64,000 nt of DNA. Source: Actinomycetes bacterium. Lineage in GTDB: Bacteria > Actinomycetota > Actinomycetes > Propionibacteriales > Nocardioidaceae. The notes beneath the pieces were generated by a model that worked only from the letters and a program-made list of their open reading frames with translations, was not told the origin of the DNA and searched no databases. Below are positions 34,251-44,068 of this stretch, piece after piece (within the stretch, counting starts at the first letter, position 1; each line of letters opens with the position of its first letter). The DNA lies in NCBI GenBank assembly GCA_023396115.1, contig JAEWXC010000051.1:21425-85424 (forward strand). Reading direction: 5' to 3'. The translations under genes and the position numbers were made by a program.

Positions 34251-35333
34251 CTACCGCTGCGTCTGCCAGCCGAGGGATTCCAGGGAGGCGACGAGGTGGT
34301 CGGCGCGCTCGGCGTCCACGACCAGCTCCACCAGTCCGACCGGGCGGGCCGGGTCGTGGTCGATACGGATGTCCTCGATGTTGACCTCGCTGGCCACCGA
34401 GTCGGCGAACAACCGGGCCAGCTCGCCCGCGTGGTCGGGGATCGAGACCCACACCGACTCCATCGGCCGCGACGGGCCGCCGTGCTTGGCGGGGATCGCC
34501 CGGGTGCCGTCGGCTCCGCGGGTCAGCACCTGCTGCAGCCCGGTCCGGTCGCCGGCACCCACCGCGGAGATCACCCGGTCGAGCTCGGTGCGCAGCTCAC
34601 CGAGCAGCTCCAGGACCGCCGGTGCGTTGGCGTGGACGATCTGGGAGTAGAGCTCCGGGTCGCCGGCCGCGACCCGGGTGACGTCGCGGACACCCTGGCC
34701 CGACAGCACCAGGTGGTTCGCCGGGGCCTCGGCCAGGCGGCCGGCCACCAGGCTGGAGAGCAGGTGCGGGACGTGGGAGGTGCGGGCCACGGCGCGGTCG
34801 TGCTCGGCCGGGGTGAGCCAGACCGCCTCGGCACCGGCCAGGGCGACGAGCTGCTCCACGAGTTCGACGGTGGCCACCGCCGCACCGGGGTGCGGGGTGA
34901 TCGCCCACGGGCGTCCCTCGAACAGGGCGGCGTTGCCGGCCAGCGGACCGGACCGCTCGGAGCCGGCCATCGGGTGCGACCCGACGTAGCGGTGCACCTC
35001 GGGGTGGTCGGCCACTACGGCGAGCGGGCCGGACTTGATCGACCCCACGTCGGTGACCACGGCACCGGTGCCGACGGTGCGGTCCAGGGCCTGGGCGATC
35101 ACCTCACCGAGGTGGTCGGGCGGGACCGCGACCACGACCAGCTGGGGGACGTCACTCTCGACCGCGGCCCGCCCGGCTCCCAGGCCGATGGCGGTGCGGA
35201 CGTGCTCGGGGCTGATGTCGCGCAGCACGACCTCGAGCCCGGCACGGGCCACGGCGAGCGCCACGGACGTGCCGAGCAGGCCGACGCCGACGACCTCGAC
35301 GGGGCCGCTCAGGGCTGGGGTGGACTCGGGCAC
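34251..35333 (-). CDS. tyrA: Prephenate dehydrogenase
   Basis: 360 aa. N-terminal Rossmann motif VVGVGLLGTSVAL, GSHPMAG, and a C-terminal ACT-like domain. Confidence 0.85.
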   Translation of the reverse strand: MPESTPALSGPVEVVGVGLLGTSVALAVARAGLEVVLRDISPEHVRTAIGLGAGRAAVESDVPQLVVVAVPPDHLGEVIAQALDRTVGTGAVVTDVGSIKSGPLAVVADHPEVHRYVGSHPMAGSERSGPLAGNAALFEGRPWAITPHPGAAVATVELVEQLVALAGAEAVWLTPAEHDRAVARTSHVPHLLSSLVAGRLAEAPANHLVLSGQGVRDVTRVAAGDPELYSQIVHANAPAVLELLGELRTELDRVISAVGAGDRTGLQQVLTRGADGTRAIPAKHGGPSRPMESVWVSIPDHAGELARLFADSVASEVNIEDIRIDHDPARPVGLVELVVDAERADHLVASLESLGWQTQR

Positions 35334-35361
35334 GACGTGAACCCTAGTGGTGGCGGGCCGT

Positions 35362-36117
35362 TCACCGTGCGGTGAGGTCCAGCAGGGTGCCCAGTTCGTC
35401 GCGGGTGAGCTCCCGCATCCGACCCTCGGCCACCCCGGTCAGGGCCACCGGCCCGAAGCGGGTCCGGGTCAGCCGGCGCACAGGGTGACCCCGGGAGGCG
35501 AGCAGCCGACGCACGATCCGGTTGCGGCCCTCGTGGATGACCAGCTCGACGATGCTGCGCCCGCTCGCGTTGCCGCGGCCCTGCTCGACGACCCGGGCCG
35601 CGGAGCACACCACGGGACCGTCGTCGAGCTCCACCCCGGCGAGCAGCTGGGCGATCGTGGCACGCGAGACCTCCCCCTCGACCTCGGCGACGTAGGTCTT
35701 GTCCACCTCGAACGAGGGGTGGGCCATCCGCTGGGCGAAGTCGCCGTCGTTGGTCAGCAGGATCAGCCCCGAGGTGTCGGTGTCGAGCCGGCCGACGTGG
35801 AAGAGCCGCTCGGGGCGGTCGGCGACCACGTCACCGAGGTTGCGGCGTCCCTGCGGGTCGCTCATCGTGGAGACCACGCCGCGGGGCTTGTTGAGCACCA
35901 GGTACACGTGCGGGCTCACCGGCGGCAGGCGCTTGCCGTCGACCCGGATCACCGCGGTCGTGGGGTCGACCTTGGTGCCGAGCCGGGTGACGACCTCGCC
36001 GTCGACCTCCACCAGCCCGTCGAGCATCAGCTCCTCGCACTTGCGGCGCGAGGCGACGCCGGACTGGGCCAGCAGCTTCTGGAGACGGATCTGTCCGTCC
36101 TCGTCGACCTGGATCAT
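35362..36117 (-). CDS. Pseudouridine synthase (RsuA/RluB family) with S4 domain
   Basis: 251 aa. S4 N-terminus (RLQKLLAQSGVASRRKCEELMLDGLVEVDG) and catalytic HVGRLDTDTSGLILLTNDG. Confidence 0.85.
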   Translation of the reverse strand: MIQVDEDGQIRLQKLLAQSGVASRRKCEELMLDGLVEVDGEVVTRLGTKVDPTTAVIRVDGKRLPPVSPHVYLVLNKPRGVVSTMSDPQGRRNLGDVVADRPERLFHVGRLDTDTSGLILLTNDGDFAQRMAHPSFEVDKTYVAEVEGEVSRATIAQLLAGVELDDGPVVCSAARVVEQGRGNASGRSIVELVIHEGRNRIVRRLLASRGHPVRRLTRTRFGPVALTGVAEGRMRELTRDELGTLLDLTAR

Positions 36118-36803
36118 GCGGGTTCGGTGCCTCCGTCTGGTTCGTCGCCGGGCCCCCGGGGCGGGGACACGGGCAGGTGGTCGTCACTGGGGTCGGTGGG
36201 CGGTGGCTCCACGGAGTCCGCGGCCGCAGTGGCCTGGGGAGTCGCAGCGGGTGCGGCCACCCCGATCTCGTCCTCGAGTTCCTCCATGCCGGGCAGGTAG
36301 GGCGCCAGCTCGGGCAGCTCGTCGAGCGAGGCGATCCCCAGCCGCTCCAGGAAGTAGGCGGTGGTCCGGTACAGGTGCGCCCCCGAGGTGGGGTCGGTAC
36401 CGGCCTCGGCGACCAGTCCCCGGGTCAGCAGGGTGCGCATCACGCCGTCCACGTTGACGCCGCGCACCGCCGAGACCCGGGACCGGGAGACCGGCTGCTG
36501 GTAGGCCACCACGGCCAGGGTCTCCAGGGCGGCCTGGGTCAACCGGGCCTGCTGGCCGTCGAGGACGAACGCCTCGACGACGCCGGCGTGCTCCTCGCGG
36601 GTGTAGTAGCGCCACCCGCCGGCGACGTGACGCAGCTCGAAGCCGCGACCCTGCTCGGCGTACTCGGCCTCCAGCCCGGCCAGGGCCTGCTCCACCTCGG
36701 CGACCGGGCGGCCCACGGCAGCGGCCAGCACGTCGCTGGGCAGCGGCTGGTCGGCGACCATCAGCACCGCCTCCAGGTCGGCGGCGGGGTGCGGCTCACC
36801 CAT
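36114..36803 (-). CDS. scpB: Segregation and condensation protein B
   Basis: 229 aa. ALETLAVVAYQQPVSRSRVSAVRGVNVDGVMRTLLTRGLV is the typical ScpB wHTH. It lies downstream of scpA. Confidence 0.85.
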   Translation of the reverse strand: MGEPHPAADLEAVLMVADQPLPSDVLAAAVGRPVAEVEQALAGLEAEYAEQGRGFELRHVAGGWRYYTREEHAGVVEAFVLDGQQARLTQAALETLAVVAYQQPVSRSRVSAVRGVNVDGVMRTLLTRGLVAEAGTDPTSGAHLYRTTAYFLERLGIASLDELPELAPYLPGMEELEDEIGVAAPAATPQATAAADSVEPPPTDPSDDHLPVSPPRGPGDEPDGGTEPA

Positions 36804-37740
36804 CGGTGCCCTCCTCGTCCTCGTGGCGTTGCGTCAGGTCCTGGTCCGGCTCCTGGTCGGGCTCGGGGACCGGATCTCCAGTCTGCTCCGGGGGTGGGCT
36901 GCCGTCGAACTCGTCGATGCCCTCCACGTCGTTCTCTCCCCCGGTCCAGCGCACGGTCAGCTCACCCAGCGGGGTGACCTGGTCGAACGCGACAGCGCCC
37001 TCCCGGAAGAGCTCCAGCAGGGCCAGGAACCGGGCGACCGTGGTGAGGGTGTCAGGTGAGTCGCTGGCCAGGGACCGGAAGGTGAGGGTGCCCGAGCGGC
37101 GCAGCCGGGCCGAGACCAGGACCGCCTCCTCCCGCACCGACACCGCGGGGGCGTGGATGTGGTGCAGCGTGATCTCGGGTTCGACGACCGGGGCGGAGGC
37201 CTTGGCCGCCAGCCGGGCGAACTCCTCCAGACCGATGCCGATGAGCACCTCGGGCAGGAGCGTGGCGAAGCGTTCCTCGAGCCCCACCGCGCGCGGGTGG
37301 CGGGTCTCCTCGGCGGCGAACCGGCGTTCCATCACCTCGGCGACCTGCTTGTAGGCCCGGTACTGCAGCAGCCGGGCGAACAGCAGGTCGCGTGCCTCCA
37401 GCAGCGCCAGATCCTCGTCGTCCTCGACCTCGGCCTGCGGCAGCAGCCGGGCGGCCTTGAGGTCCAGCAGGGTGGCCGCGACGAGCAGGAAGTTGGAGGT
37501 CTGCTCCAGGTCCCAGTGCGGCCCTCCGACCTTCACGTGGGCGATGAACTCGTCGGTGACCTGGCTGAGCGCGACCTCGGTGATGTCGAGCTTGTGCTTG
37601 GCGATCAGGCTCAGCAGCAGGTCGAAGGGGCCCTCGAAGTTGTCCAGCCGGACCGCGAAGACCCCGGGTCCGACGCTCTCCCCGGCAGCGAGCGTCGGCT
37701 GCGCCGTGGCGGCCGGCTCCGGCGGGGCGCTCACCCTCAC
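36796..37740 (-). CDS. scpA: Segregation and condensation protein A
   Basis: 314 aa. FEGPFDLLLSLIAKHKLDITEVALSQVTDEF is the ScpA signature N-terminus. Confidence 0.85.
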   Translation of the reverse strand: MRVSAPPEPAATAQPTLAAGESVGPGVFAVRLDNFEGPFDLLLSLIAKHKLDITEVALSQVTDEFIAHVKVGGPHWDLEQTSNFLLVAATLLDLKAARLLPQAEVEDDEDLALLEARDLLFARLLQYRAYKQVAEVMERRFAAEETRHPRAVGLEERFATLLPEVLIGIGLEEFARLAAKASAPVVEPEITLHHIHAPAVSVREEAVLVSARLRRSGTLTFRSLASDSPDTLTTVARFLALLELFREGAVAFDQVTPLGELTVRWTGGENDVEGIDEFDGSPPPEQTGDPVPEPDQEPDQDLTQRHEDEEGTDG

Positions 37741-38132
37741 TCCTGGGTGAGCCGACGGACCAGGGCGCTGTCGGCGCCGTGGGCCTCGAAGTCGGCCAGC
37801 ACCAGCGCGACCGCCTCACGGACCAGCCGGCCCCGGTCGACGGCCAACCCCTGCTCGCGACGCAGCGAGAGCCGGGCGTGCTCGATCTCCAGCAGTTCGT
37901 CGGAGGTGACGTAGACGGTCATCTTCTCGTCGTGCCGCACCCGGCCGCTGGGCTTGCGTGCCTTCACCCGGGCGGGCGAGGTCTGCTCCGGTTCGGCCGC
38001 CGCGGGCTCGACGGCACGCGGGGCGCTGCGGCGTGCCCGGCTGGCGGGTGCCTGCTGCTCCGGCTCGGGGTCGGGGACCGCGGTGGGGCGGAACAGGTCG
38101 TCGGCCGCCGGCATCCTCACCCGTCGAGACAC
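37737..38132 (-). CDS. Hypothetical protein conserved in position between parA-like and scpA
   Basis: 131 aa. Disordered N-terminus and structured C-terminus (KMTVYVTSDELLEIEHARLSLRREQG). It overlaps both neighbours. Confidence 0.6.
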   Translation of the reverse strand: MSRRVRMPAADDLFRPTAVPDPEPEQQAPASRARRSAPRAVEPAAAEPEQTSPARVKARKPSGRVRHDEKMTVYVTSDELLEIEHARLSLRREQGLAVDRGRLVREAVALVLADFEAHGADSALVRRLTQE

Positions 38133-39004
38133 CGGGCGAGCACCTCCCTCGCGAGCTGGCGGTAGGAGTCGGCCCCGGCCGAGGACGAGGCGTAGCTGGT
38201 GATCGGCTCGCCGGCGACGGTGGAGTCGGAGAACTTCACGGTGCGGCGGATGACGGTGTGGAAGACCTTGTCACCCCAGGCCTGCACCAGCCGCTCCATC
38301 ACCTCACGGCTGTGCAGGGTGCGTCCGTCGAACATGGTGCCGAGGATGCCGTCGACCTCCAGGCGCGGGTTGAGCCGCTCGGAGACCTTGTCGATCGTGG
38401 TCTTCAGCAGCGCCACACCGCGCAGCGCGAAGTACTCGCACTCCAGCGGGACGATCACACCGTCGGAGGCGGTCAGGGCGTTCACGGTGAGCAGACCCAG
38501 CGAGGGCTGGCAGTCGATCAGGATGACGTCGTAGTGCTCCACGGCGCCGGCCAGGACCCGCTGCAGGGTCTGCTCGCGGGCCACCTCGTGAACCAGCTGC
38601 ACCTCGGCGGCGGAGAGGTCGATGTTGGAGGGGATCAGGTCCATCCCCGGCACCCCGCTGGGCACGATCACGTCGCCGACGGTGACGTCGCGCTCCATCA
38701 GCAGGTTGTAGATGCTCAGCTCCATCTCGTGCGGGTTCAGCCCCAACCCCACCGACAGCGAGCCCTGCGGGTCGAAGTCGACCAGCAGCACCTTGCGGCC
38801 GTACTCGGCCAGCGCGGCACCCAGGTTGATGGTGGTGGTGGTCTTGCCGACCCCGCCCTTCTGGTTGCACATCGCGATGATGCGCGCCGGCCCGTGCGTG
38901 ATCAGCGCGCTCGGTTCGGGGAAGTCCGGGAGGGGCCGACCCGTGGGACCGAGCTTGTCGCTGCTCTGGCCCACCGAACGCAACGACGGGATCGGTTCGG
39001 TCAC
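38117..39004 (-). CDS. ParA/Soj-family ATPase
   Basis: Deviant Walker A CNQKGGVGKTTTT, then LLVDFDPQG. Start re-set to GTG 39004 because GAGGAG lies 8 nt upstream. The track ORF extends to 39130. Confidence 0.85.
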   Translation of the reverse strand: MTEPIPSLRSVGQSSDKLGPTGRPLPDFPEPSALITHGPARIIAMCNQKGGVGKTTTTINLGAALAEYGRKVLLVDFDPQGSLSVGLGLNPHEMELSIYNLLMERDVTVGDVIVPSGVPGMDLIPSNIDLSAAEVQLVHEVAREQTLQRVLAGAVEHYDVILIDCQPSLGLLTVNALTASDGVIVPLECEYFALRGVALLKTTIDKVSERLNPRLEVDGILGTMFDGRTLHSREVMERLVQAWGDKVFHTVIRRTVKFSDSTVAGEPITSYASSSAGADSYRQLAREVLARCLDG

Positions 39005-39297
39005 CTGGTGGCTCCTCGGGACGGATCGGGCAGCGGACTGCCGGGCAAGTGCGGTGCTCCCCGTTGGCGCCAGGAGCTTTGTCGACTTCACGACACCGCG
39101 TGGCGCGACTCTAGGACCCCGGGTCGACACGCTTCAAGGCGCCCCCGGAAACCCCCAGCCGGTCCGGTGATTCTGTGCGCACCGGCCCGCGTGCCTGCAC
39201 AGGTCGGAGCGTCCTGTGCAGAACCCTGTGCACGACACGCGGGGGCGCCACGAGGTGTGGCCGTCGAGCGCAGCGGCCCCGCACTGACCACGCTCAC

Positions 39298-39549
39298 TCA
39301 GCCGAGCCGACCGGGGGGGCAGGACGGGGGCATCGGCACCTCGAGCCGCTCTGCCCACTTCACGTGGACGGCCCGGAAGAGCTCCGCGAAGTACTGCTCA
39401 CCTCGTCCGGCCTCGACTGCCGCCAGGAGGTCGCCGACCCGTTCGCGACAGGTCAAGTTTCCCGCCCGGATGCCGATGCGACGCTTCTCCCGGTTCTCGT
39501 ACGAGACCATGGAGAAGTGAGAGTCGGGCCACAGGTAGTGGGCCCTCAA
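39298..39549 (-). CDS. Hypothetical small ORF in a lower-G+C patch; may be a gene fragment
   Basis: 83 aa from a TTG start. The frame is open from 39657, but the only candidate start codons are CTG (near 39600) and this TTG at 39549. I recognise no family. Confidence 0.3.
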   Translation of the reverse strand: MRAHYLWPDSHFSMVSYENREKRRIGIRAGNLTCRERVGDLLAAVEAGRGEQYFAELFRAVHVKWAERLEVPMPPSCPPGRLG

Positions 39550-39731
39550 CCAGACATCCCACTCCGGCGTGGCAGCGATCGCCTGCCAGACCTGTTCCTG
39601 CAGGTCGGCGTGCAGGGTACTGCGGCTGTCGTAGAAGTCGACGCTGATTCCGGTGTTCCCTCACAGTCCTCTGGTCACGTCTGGCACAGACTCACGTGGG
39701 CGGCGGCGAGGCCAGCGCCCGCTGGTGGCAC

Positions 39732-42281
39732 TCAGTCCCCCAGCATCCCCATCCGCACCGTCCACAGCACCAGCTCACCGGCCTCGTCCGAGGCCGCCAC
39801 GTCCACCTGGGCCTCGATCACCCAGTCGTGGTGGCCCTCGGGGTCGGCCAGGGTCTGTCGCACCTGCCAGGACTCCGGGGTGCGTTCGATCCGCAGCAGC
39901 GCCGGACCACGGGCGTCGGCGTCGGTCCCGACCCGGTCGTGCTCGGCGTAGTAGGCCTCCAGGGCGTCGTCCCAGTCCCGACGCGTCCACCCGCCCTCCG
40001 CGCCGCGCCCCTCGGCGTCGCGCTCGAGACGGGTCAGGGTGTCCAGGTCGTCGCGGGCCACGGCGTCGACCCGCGCCCACATCGCGTTGCGGACCATCAC
40101 CTCGAAGCTGCGCTGGGCCGACAGCGGCCGGGGCGGCGGGGCGGCGTCGGTGGCCACCGTGGGGTGCCGCTCGGGGTCGCTGAGTGCCTCCCACTCGTCC
40201 AGCAGCGAGGAGTCGGTCTGGCGCACCGTCTCCCCCAGCCACTCCAGCAACGCCTCGAAGTCGGGGGTGCGGTACCCCTCGGGGACGGTGTGCCGCAGCG
40301 TCCGGTAGGCGTCGGTGAGGTAGCGCAGCACGAGGCCCTCGGAGCGGGCCAGCTGGTAGCGGGAGACGAAGTCGGTGAACGACATCGCCTGCTCCCACAT
40401 CTCGCGCACGATCGACTTCGGCGCCAGCGCGTCCTCGGGCAACCACGGGTGGGTGCCGCGGTAGATCTCGAACGCCGGGACCAGGAGCTCCTCCAGCGGC
40501 TTGGGCCAGGTGACCTCCTCCAGGAGCGCCATCCGTTCGTCGTACTCGATCCCGTCGGCCTTCATCTCCGCCACCGCCACCCCGCGCGCGGCGTGCTGCT
40601 GGGCGAACAGGATCTGGCGCGGGCCCTCCAGCACGGCCTCCACCACCGAGACCACGTTCAGGGCGTAGCCGGGCTGCTCCACGTCGAGCAGGTCCAGGGC
40701 CGCCAGGGCGAAGTGCGCCAGCGGCTGGTTGAGGGCGAAGTCGGCCGGGAGGTCCTCGGTGAGCACGTAACGGCGTCCGTGGGCGTCGAGCTCCTCGCGC
40801 CGGGTGAGCACCCCGGAGTGGACCAGACTGCGGGTCAGTCGCAGCGCGCGGCGGGCCAGCTTCAGCTGCCGGCGCCGGTCCTCGTGGTTGGTGAGCAGGA
40901 TCCGGCGGAACACGGTGAAGGCGTCCTCGGGTCGGGCGACCACGTTGAGGATCATCGAGTTGTCGACCTTCATCCGTGACGGCAGCGGCTCCGGTGCGCC
41001 GGAGACGAGCTTGTCGAAGGTCTGCTCGGACCAGACGACCGCGCCGTCGGGTGCCTTCCGCAGCTGGGCCTTGGACTTCTTCTTCGGGTTGGCCTCGTTC
41101 TTGGCGGCGGCCTTGGCCTTGGCTCGCTCGTTCTCGATCACGTGCTCGGGGGCCTGCACCACGACGTAGCCGGCGGTGTCGAAGCCGGCCCGGCCGGCGC
41201 GTCCGGCGATCTGCTGGAACTCGCGGGTGCGCAGGATGCGCTGCCGGGTGCCGTCGAACTTCGCCAGCCCGGTGAACAGGACCGTGCGGATCGGCACGTT
41301 GATGCCGACCCCCAGGGTGTCGGTGCCACAGATCACCCGCAGCACCCCGGACTGCGCCAGCTGTTCGACGATGCGCCGGTACTTGGGCAGCATCCCGGCG
41401 TGGTGGACCCCGATGCCGGCCTTCAACAGCTTGGCGAGGGTCGACCCGAAACCGCGGCCGAACCGGAAGCCACCGATCTTCTCCGCGATCGCGTCCTTCT
41501 GCTCCCGGGTCAGTGGCGGCAAGCCGGCCGAGGGGGTGAGCAGCAGGTTGGCGTGCTCGACGGCCGCCGCCTGGGTGAAGTGGACGACGTAGACCGGCGA
41601 CTGGTGGGTGCTGACCAAGTCGGAGAGGGTCTCGGGCAGCGGCGTCATGGCGTAGCTGAACGTCAGCGGCACCGGCCGCTCGGCGTCGTCGACGACGGCG
41701 ACCTCCCGCCCGGTGCGGGCGGTCAGGTCCTCGGCGATCTGGGTGACGTCACCCAGCGTGGCGGACATGAGCAGGAACTGGGCCTGCGGCAGCTCCAGCA
41801 GCGGCACCTGCCAGGCCCACCCCCGGTCCGGTTCGCCGTAGTAGTGGAACTCGTCCATCACCACGAGCCCGACGTCGGCGTCGGCCCCCTCACGCAGCGC
41901 GATGTTGGCCAGGACCTCCGCGGTGCAGCAGATGATCGGGGCGTCAGCGTTGACCGCGGCGTCGCCGGTGAGCATCCCGACGTTGTCGGCCCCGAAGACC
42001 TGGCACAGGTCGAAGAACTTCTCGCTGACCAGTGCCTTGATCGGCGCGGTGTAGAAGGAGACCTCGTCCCGGGCCAGCGCCGCCAGGTGTGCCCCGACCG
42101 CGACCAGGGACTTGCCCGACCCGGTGGGGGTGGCCAGCACCACGTGCGCCCCGCCGACCAGCTCCAGGACCGCCTCCTCCTGGTGCGGGTACGGCGTGGT
42201 GCCGCGGTCCAGCGCCCACTCGGTGAACGCGTCGTAGGCCGCCTCGGGGGTGTCGGCGGACTCCCACCACTGCTGGGGCAT
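39732..42281 (-). CDS. DEAD/DEAH-box (Ski2-like) helicase with a long C-terminal domain (DUF3516-type architecture)
   Basis: 849 aa. Motif I LATPTGSGKS, motif II VVMDEFHYY, QIAGRAGRAG, and a conserved C-terminal half of about 350 aa. Confidence 0.85.
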   Translation of the reverse strand: MPQQWWESADTPEAAYDAFTEWALDRGTTPYPHQEEAVLELVGGAHVVLATPTGSGKSLVAVGAHLAALARDEVSFYTAPIKALVSEKFFDLCQVFGADNVGMLTGDAAVNADAPIICCTAEVLANIALREGADADVGLVVMDEFHYYGEPDRGWAWQVPLLELPQAQFLLMSATLGDVTQIAEDLTARTGREVAVVDDAERPVPLTFSYAMTPLPETLSDLVSTHQSPVYVVHFTQAAAVEHANLLLTPSAGLPPLTREQKDAIAEKIGGFRFGRGFGSTLAKLLKAGIGVHHAGMLPKYRRIVEQLAQSGVLRVICGTDTLGVGINVPIRTVLFTGLAKFDGTRQRILRTREFQQIAGRAGRAGFDTAGYVVVQAPEHVIENERAKAKAAAKNEANPKKKSKAQLRKAPDGAVVWSEQTFDKLVSGAPEPLPSRMKVDNSMILNVVARPEDAFTVFRRILLTNHEDRRRQLKLARRALRLTRSLVHSGVLTRREELDAHGRRYVLTEDLPADFALNQPLAHFALAALDLLDVEQPGYALNVVSVVEAVLEGPRQILFAQQHAARGVAVAEMKADGIEYDERMALLEEVTWPKPLEELLVPAFEIYRGTHPWLPEDALAPKSIVREMWEQAMSFTDFVSRYQLARSEGLVLRYLTDAYRTLRHTVPEGYRTPDFEALLEWLGETVRQTDSSLLDEWEALSDPERHPTVATDAAPPPRPLSAQRSFEVMVRNAMWARVDAVARDDLDTLTRLERDAEGRGAEGGWTRRDWDDALEAYYAEHDRVGTDADARGPALLRIERTPESWQVRQTLADPEGHHDWVIEAQVDVAASDEAGELVLWTVRMGMLGD

Positions 42282-42345
42282 CTGTTCCTCTCGCGGCCAC
42301 GGGGCCGGTGTCGGGGCTGTGTCGGTTCGGGCTGGGGCCGCAGCG

Positions 42346-43293
42346 TCAGCCGCGGGCCCGGGGGTGCGCGGTCGCGAAGACCTCGCGCAGGTTGTCGACG
42401 GTGACCAGGGTGTAGACCTGCGTGGTGGTGACCGAGGCGTGACCGAGCAGCTCTTGCACCACCCGGACGTCGGCGCCGCCGTCGAGCAGGTGGGTCGCGA
42501 ATGAGTGTCGCATCGTGTGCGGGGAGACCTCCCCCGGGACCCCGGCGCGGTCGACGGCCTTGGCGAGCACCGCCCAGGCGCTCTGCCGCGACAGCCGCCC
42601 GCCGCGGGCGTTGAGGAAGAGGGCCGGGGTGCCCCGGCCGGCCGCCACCAGTTCCGGTCGGCCCCGGGTCAGGTAGGCCTCGACCGCCTCCAGGGCGTAG
42701 CTGCCGACGGGAACCAGGCGCTCCTTGGAGCCCTTGCCGCGCAGCAGCACGGTGCGGTCGAAGGTGTCGAGGTCGTCGACGTCGAGCCCCACGGCCTCGC
42801 TGATCCGGGCCCCGGTGCCGTAGAGCACCTCCAGCAGCGCCCGGTCCCGCAGCGCCAGGGTGGTGCCGTCCGCGCCGGCTGCCTCCAGGATCGCCTCGAC
42901 GTCGGCCAGCGGGAGCGGCTTGGGCAACCGCTTGGCCGGCGTCGGCGGCTTCACCTGGGCTGCCGGGTCGTGGGTGGCGAAGCCGTCCGCGACCGCGAAC
43001 TTGTGGAAGCCGCGCACCGCCACCACCGTCCGCGCCGCCGAGGTGGCGGCCAGCGGCGGGTGCTCGGTGTCGCCCTCACGCAGGTGCACGAGGAAGTCGG
43101 TGACCACCGACTCGGTGACCGCAGCCGGGTCGTCGATCCCCCGGGCATTGAGGAACGCCAGGTAGCGCCGCAGGTCGCGCCGGTAGGACGAGAGCGTGTT
43201 GCCGGCCAGGCCGCGTTCCACCGCGAGGTGGTCCAGCCAGGTCCGCACCGCCCGGTCCAGCGGGCTCGGCCGGCGGGTGGGGGCGGTCGTCAT
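42346..43293 (-). CDS. xerD: Tyrosine recombinase XerD
   Basis: 315 aa. [64 protein letters not shown]. Confidence 0.85.
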   Translation of the reverse strand: MTTAPTRRPSPLDRAVRTWLDHLAVERGLAGNTLSSYRRDLRRYLAFLNARGIDDPAAVTESVVTDFLVHLREGDTEHPPLAATSAARTVVAVRGFHKFAVADGFATHDPAAQVKPPTPAKRLPKPLPLADVEAILEAAGADGTTLALRDRALLEVLYGTGARISEAVGLDVDDLDTFDRTVLLRGKGSKERLVPVGSYALEAVEAYLTRGRPELVAAGRGTPALFLNARGGRLSRQSAWAVLAKAVDRAGVPGEVSPHTMRHSFATHLLDGGADVRVVQELLGHASVTTTQVYTLVTVDNLREVFATAHPRARG

Positions 43294-43369
43294 GGGCGTG
43301 ACGTTACGTCAACCCGTCCCCCGCGCCTGCACGGCACGCGGGGCTCCACCGTGACGGTGCGTGGTGGGC

Positions 43370-43999
43370 TCAGATCTCCCCGCGGGCGCGGAGTACCTCG
43401 GTGGCCAGCACCGCCTGGACCAGCGGGCCCTGTCGGACGCGTCCCTCGAGGACCGCACCGAGCAGGTCGGTGAACGGCACCCAGAACGCGACCATCTCGG
43501 CCTCCTCCGCGTGCAGCTCGAAGTCGCCGCGCGGGTGCGGGGTGAGACCGGTGGCCAGGAAGATGTGGTGCTCCTCGGAGGTGATCCCGGCCGAGGGGAA
43601 GGTGACCAGCAGCTCGCGCCAGTGCGCGGCGGAGAGCTCCGCCTCTTCGACCAGCTCGCGACGGGCGGTCTCCACGGGCGGCTCCCCGTCGGCGTCGCGC
43701 AAACCCGCCGGCAGTTCCACGAAGCTCATCTGCGCGGGGTGGCGGTACTGGCGCAGGCAGAAGACCCGGTCCTGCTCGTCCAGGGCGAGCACGACCACGG
43801 CCCCGGGGTGCTCCAGGGTCAGGCGCCGGAAGGGTTCCTCCGGAACACCGGGCCGGGTCACCTGGTCGGCCCGCAGCGCGACGATCCAGCCGTCGCGGTG
43901 CAGGTCCTGCGACGACTGCACCGGCCACACCTCCGGACGGTCCAGCAGCTCGGTGGCATCGGCCTTGGCGGGGGCGTCAGGCTGGTCAGGGACGGACAT
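43370..43999 (-). CDS. NUDIX hydrolase (ADP-ribose pyrophosphatase-like)
   Basis: Only the last 210 codons of the 1050-aa track ORF are taken (ATG 43999, MSVPDQPD...). Nudix box: ELPAGLRDADGEPPVETARRELVEEA. Confidence 0.8.
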   Translation of the reverse strand: MSVPDQPDAPAKADATELLDRPEVWPVQSSQDLHRDGWIVALRADQVTRPGVPEEPFRRLTLEHPGAVVVLALDEQDRVFCLRQYRHPAQMSFVELPAGLRDADGEPPVETARRELVEEAELSAAHWRELLVTFPSAGITSEEHHIFLATGLTPHPRGDFELHAEEAEMVAFWVPFTDLLGAVLEGRVRQGPLVQAVLATEVLRARGEI

Positions 44000-44068
44000 G
44001 CTGGTGACGGTACACACGTGCCCCGCGCGGTGACCGGCGCCCGGGCGTCCCGGTCTAGAGTCGCGCCC

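Noticed and set aside
42308-42336. Two TGTCGG motifs (RecA-NDp-like -35 elements) on the + strand between the helicase and xerD
   Set aside because: No TAnnnT hexamer lies at the required 8-nt spacing, and no + strand gene lies downstream. Both neighbours are on the minus strand.
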